From Chrysemys picta bellii (taxonomy: Eukaryota): DNA of 64,000 nt. Positions 61,736-64,000 of this stretch are shown here, piece after piece. Below the pieces are notes generated by a model that was given only the letters and a program-made list of their open reading frames with translations, did not search any database and was not told the DNA's origin. Within the stretch, counting starts at the first letter, position 1. The number at the start of each line of letters is the position of its first letter. The stretch spans positions 349,990,001-350,054,000 of the forward strand of contig NC_088791.1 in NCBI RefSeq assembly GCF_011386835.1. The letters run 5' to 3'. A program made the translations under genes and the position numbers.

Positions 61736-62819
61736 GGTCACATTAGCCCATTTTATGTCACAATGGGAGCTCATGTGGAGTTGCTTGTCCACTATGACTC
61801 TGCTCTGTGTCCTGGCCGATGGATTTGTCCCTCAATAGATTCAGGAGAAAGCATGACTCAGTGTTATTGTCTGGAAAAGGAATTGTTCTTGGGTTCCTGT
61901 TTAGTGATATCACAGGAGTTTAATTCCCTGAGTTTCTGGTAATCTCAGCATGCTGAACTGCCAGCTTCCCCCACCTCAGTCACTAGCCCCAGAGAGGAAG
62001 GTTGATTCAGGGGTTAAAGTGCCAACCTTGGACTCAGAAGAACTGGCTTCCTTGTTGGGGATGTGTGTGTGTATATATATATACACACACACATGTAATA
62101 TGTTACAGGTCATGGGGCCTAATGTGGCTGGAGTGTGGCTGGAACATGAGTGCATGACCTGCTTTGACCTGCATTTTGGCAACCAAAGTGAGAACTTAAA
62201 GGTTAAGTGGTGAGAACTCTCTATACTAAACACCTTTGTTGTGTGTCCTTGGAAAAAGTGGAGAGTCAGCAGATAAGGAAACAACACCAGATGGACTGCT
62301 ATGGATAAAAACCGGAGGAAATGGCATTCCTTAGATCATGGTGGCCTGCCCAGGATTGATTCTTTGGAATTGCATGGGTAAAAGGCCGAGTAAACAAAGA
62401 CAAAGTACTGATGACACGATGGAATGGACTATAAATGATTGCCTATCCAGGAGGTACAACCATGGGAATCTTGAGTAGGAGTGGAGTATTTGGCACTGTT
62501 GCGAGCACTGCTGGAATAGAATAGTGTTTCCAGTTCTGGTGTCTACAGTTCAAGAAGGGTGTTGATAAATTGAAGATGGGTCAGAGAAGAGCCACAAGAA
62601 TGATTAAGGCATTAGAAAACCTGCCTTCGAGTGATAGACTCCAGGAGCTCAGTCTATTTAGCTTAACAAAGAGAAGGTTAAGGGGTGACTTGATCACAGT
62701 CTGTAAATAACTACATGAGGAACCAATGTTTAACAATGGGCTCTTCAATCTAGCAGAGAAATTTATAGCACAATCCAATGAGTAGAAGCTGAAGTTAAAC
62801 AAATTCAGACTGGAACTAA

Positions 62820-63758
62820 GGCCTGGTCTACACTGACAATTTTTTTTCGCCAAATGGCAGCTTTTGTGACTAAAACAGCAGAGGTGTACACACTGCAAAA
62901 CCATTTTGTGTGCTGAAACTCCTCAATTGTAACTCTGTAATAAAACCCACCCCGAGGAGAGTCATAAGGCTTTTTGCACTGAGGCCGTAGCGCCATATTG
63001 CCAGTGTAAACACTGTGTTTGATGTTAGCTCTGTTATTGGTCTCCGTAAGGTGTCCCACAATGCCCATCCTGACCACTCTGGTCAGCAGTTTTAACTCTG
63101 CTGCCCTGCCCCAAGGTGAGCAACTATACGCCCCTCCCCTATAAAGAATTTTGAAATTCCCTTTCCCGTTTGCTCAGTGTGGAGAACTCATATCTCTTCT
63201 GTCCAGCTGACCACGGCAGCTCCGCTCAGCAAACAATCTCCCACTTGGACCACTCCTGAGCGACTGGATCTGTTCAGTGTTTGGGGAAAGGAGGGTTCCA
63301 GTCCCAGCTGCACTCCAGCCATAGGATTTTTGATACGTTGAGCTAGACTGCATGCAGCTTGTGCGAAAAGGGATATGACTGGGACATGCTGCAGTGCAGA
63401 GCAAAGATGAAGGAGCCGAGGAACACCTTCCTCAAGGCGAGGGAGGAAAAATGTTGCTCCGGTGCTCAGCCTGCCATTTTTATAGGGCTTTGGGGGCTAT
63501 TGTAGGTGGCAACTCCACCTCCACCTCCAAGAGTCCCAGGAGGGATAGCTCAGTGGTTTGAGCTAAACCTAGGGTTGTGAGTTCAGTACTTGAGGGGTAC
63601 ACTTAGGGATCTGAGGCAAAATCAGTACTTGGTCCTGCTAGTGAAAGCAGGGGGCTGGACTCAATGATCTTTCAGGGTCCCTTCCAGCTCTATGAAATAA
63701 GTATATCTCCATATTAAAAAAAATCAGCAAAAAAACCTCTGCCAGTGTAAACATACCC
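62820..63758 (+). mobile_element. Non-autonomous Harbinger element carrying a Myb/SANT-like (trihelix) domain relic
   Basis: TIRs ggcctggtctacactg / cagtgtaaacataccc; TSD TAA at 62817-62819 and 63759-63761. 63231-63483 translates SPTWTTPERLDLFSVWG...QSQLHSSHR...LCEKGYDWDMLQCRAKMKE with a frameshift and stop. Confidence 0.85.
63539..63715 (+). mobile_element. tRNA-derived Pol III SINE with a CR1-like tail (tortoise SINE type)
   Basis: ggagggatagctcagtggtttgagc (A box) ... gttgtgagttcagtacttgag (B box), then a CR1-like tail gggggctggactc.atga..tt.cagggtcccttccagctctatg. Confidence 0.85.
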
Positions 63759-64000
63759 TAAGGTGTAATTTCTTTTTTTTTAAACAGTGAGGATAGTTAA
63801 CCTTTGGAATAATTTATGAATGGCCATGGTAGATTCTCCATCACTGAGAACTGTTAAATCAAGGCAGGATGTTGTTCTAACAGCTCTGCCTTAGGAGTTA
63901 TTTTGAGGCAGGTCTCTGGCCTGTGCTATACAGGGAGTCAGAATAGAGGATCACAGTGGTGCCTTCTGGCCTTGGTATCTGCCCAGTGATGTTAGTAGCA

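Larger units (their letters stand above)
62490..63985 (+). mobile_element. CR1 3' fragment split by a Harbinger element
   Basis: QFW...FKK.VDKL..GQRRATRMI..LENL relic continues after 63761 (ggtgtaatttct...aacagtgagg). Confidence 0.75.

Noticed and set aside
62061-62094. Perfect 34-bp palindrome (TG)n(TA)n(CA)n
   Set aside because: A compound dinucleotide microsatellite; the symmetry follows from the repeat units.
63539-63610. tRNA gene
   Set aside because: The anticodon arm is partly deleted and the sequence continues into a CR1-like tail, so it is a SINE.

Overview
Repeat-rich vertebrate DNA, most likely from a turtle. That call is an inference from a tortoise-type tRNA-derived SINE with a CR1 tail plus Penelope/Neptune, CR1, hAT, Harbinger and LTR families. 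The window is part of a class I olfactory receptor cluster (OR51 family). It holds five intact single-coding-exon OR ORFs: 7288-8223 (+), 15373-16320 (-), 29482-30417 (+), 39489-40424 (+) and 57353-58288 (+). Each sits in a duplicated unit of roughly 7-14 kb (upstream block, OR, downstream block). Unit 2 is inverted, one extra downstream block has no OR, and a solo LTR marks one inversion breakpoint. Many nested transposon insertions have readable target-site duplications (TSDs). The most notable signals are: (1) minimal hammerhead-ribozyme motifs in Penelope ends, including a nearly intact sense-strand copy in the intron just upstream of the OR3 coding exon; (2) a perfect 159-bp palindrome with a 13-bp TSD; (3) a copy-specific 28-bp-stem hairpin in the OR1 3' UTR; (4) lysines at predicted pocket positions in OR3 and OR5 alongside the conserved carboxylate-binding Arg; (5) a 2.6-kb composite hAT unit bounded by one TSD; (6) exon-like blocks conserved upstream of all five ORs. 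All alignments were made by eye and no database searches were run.
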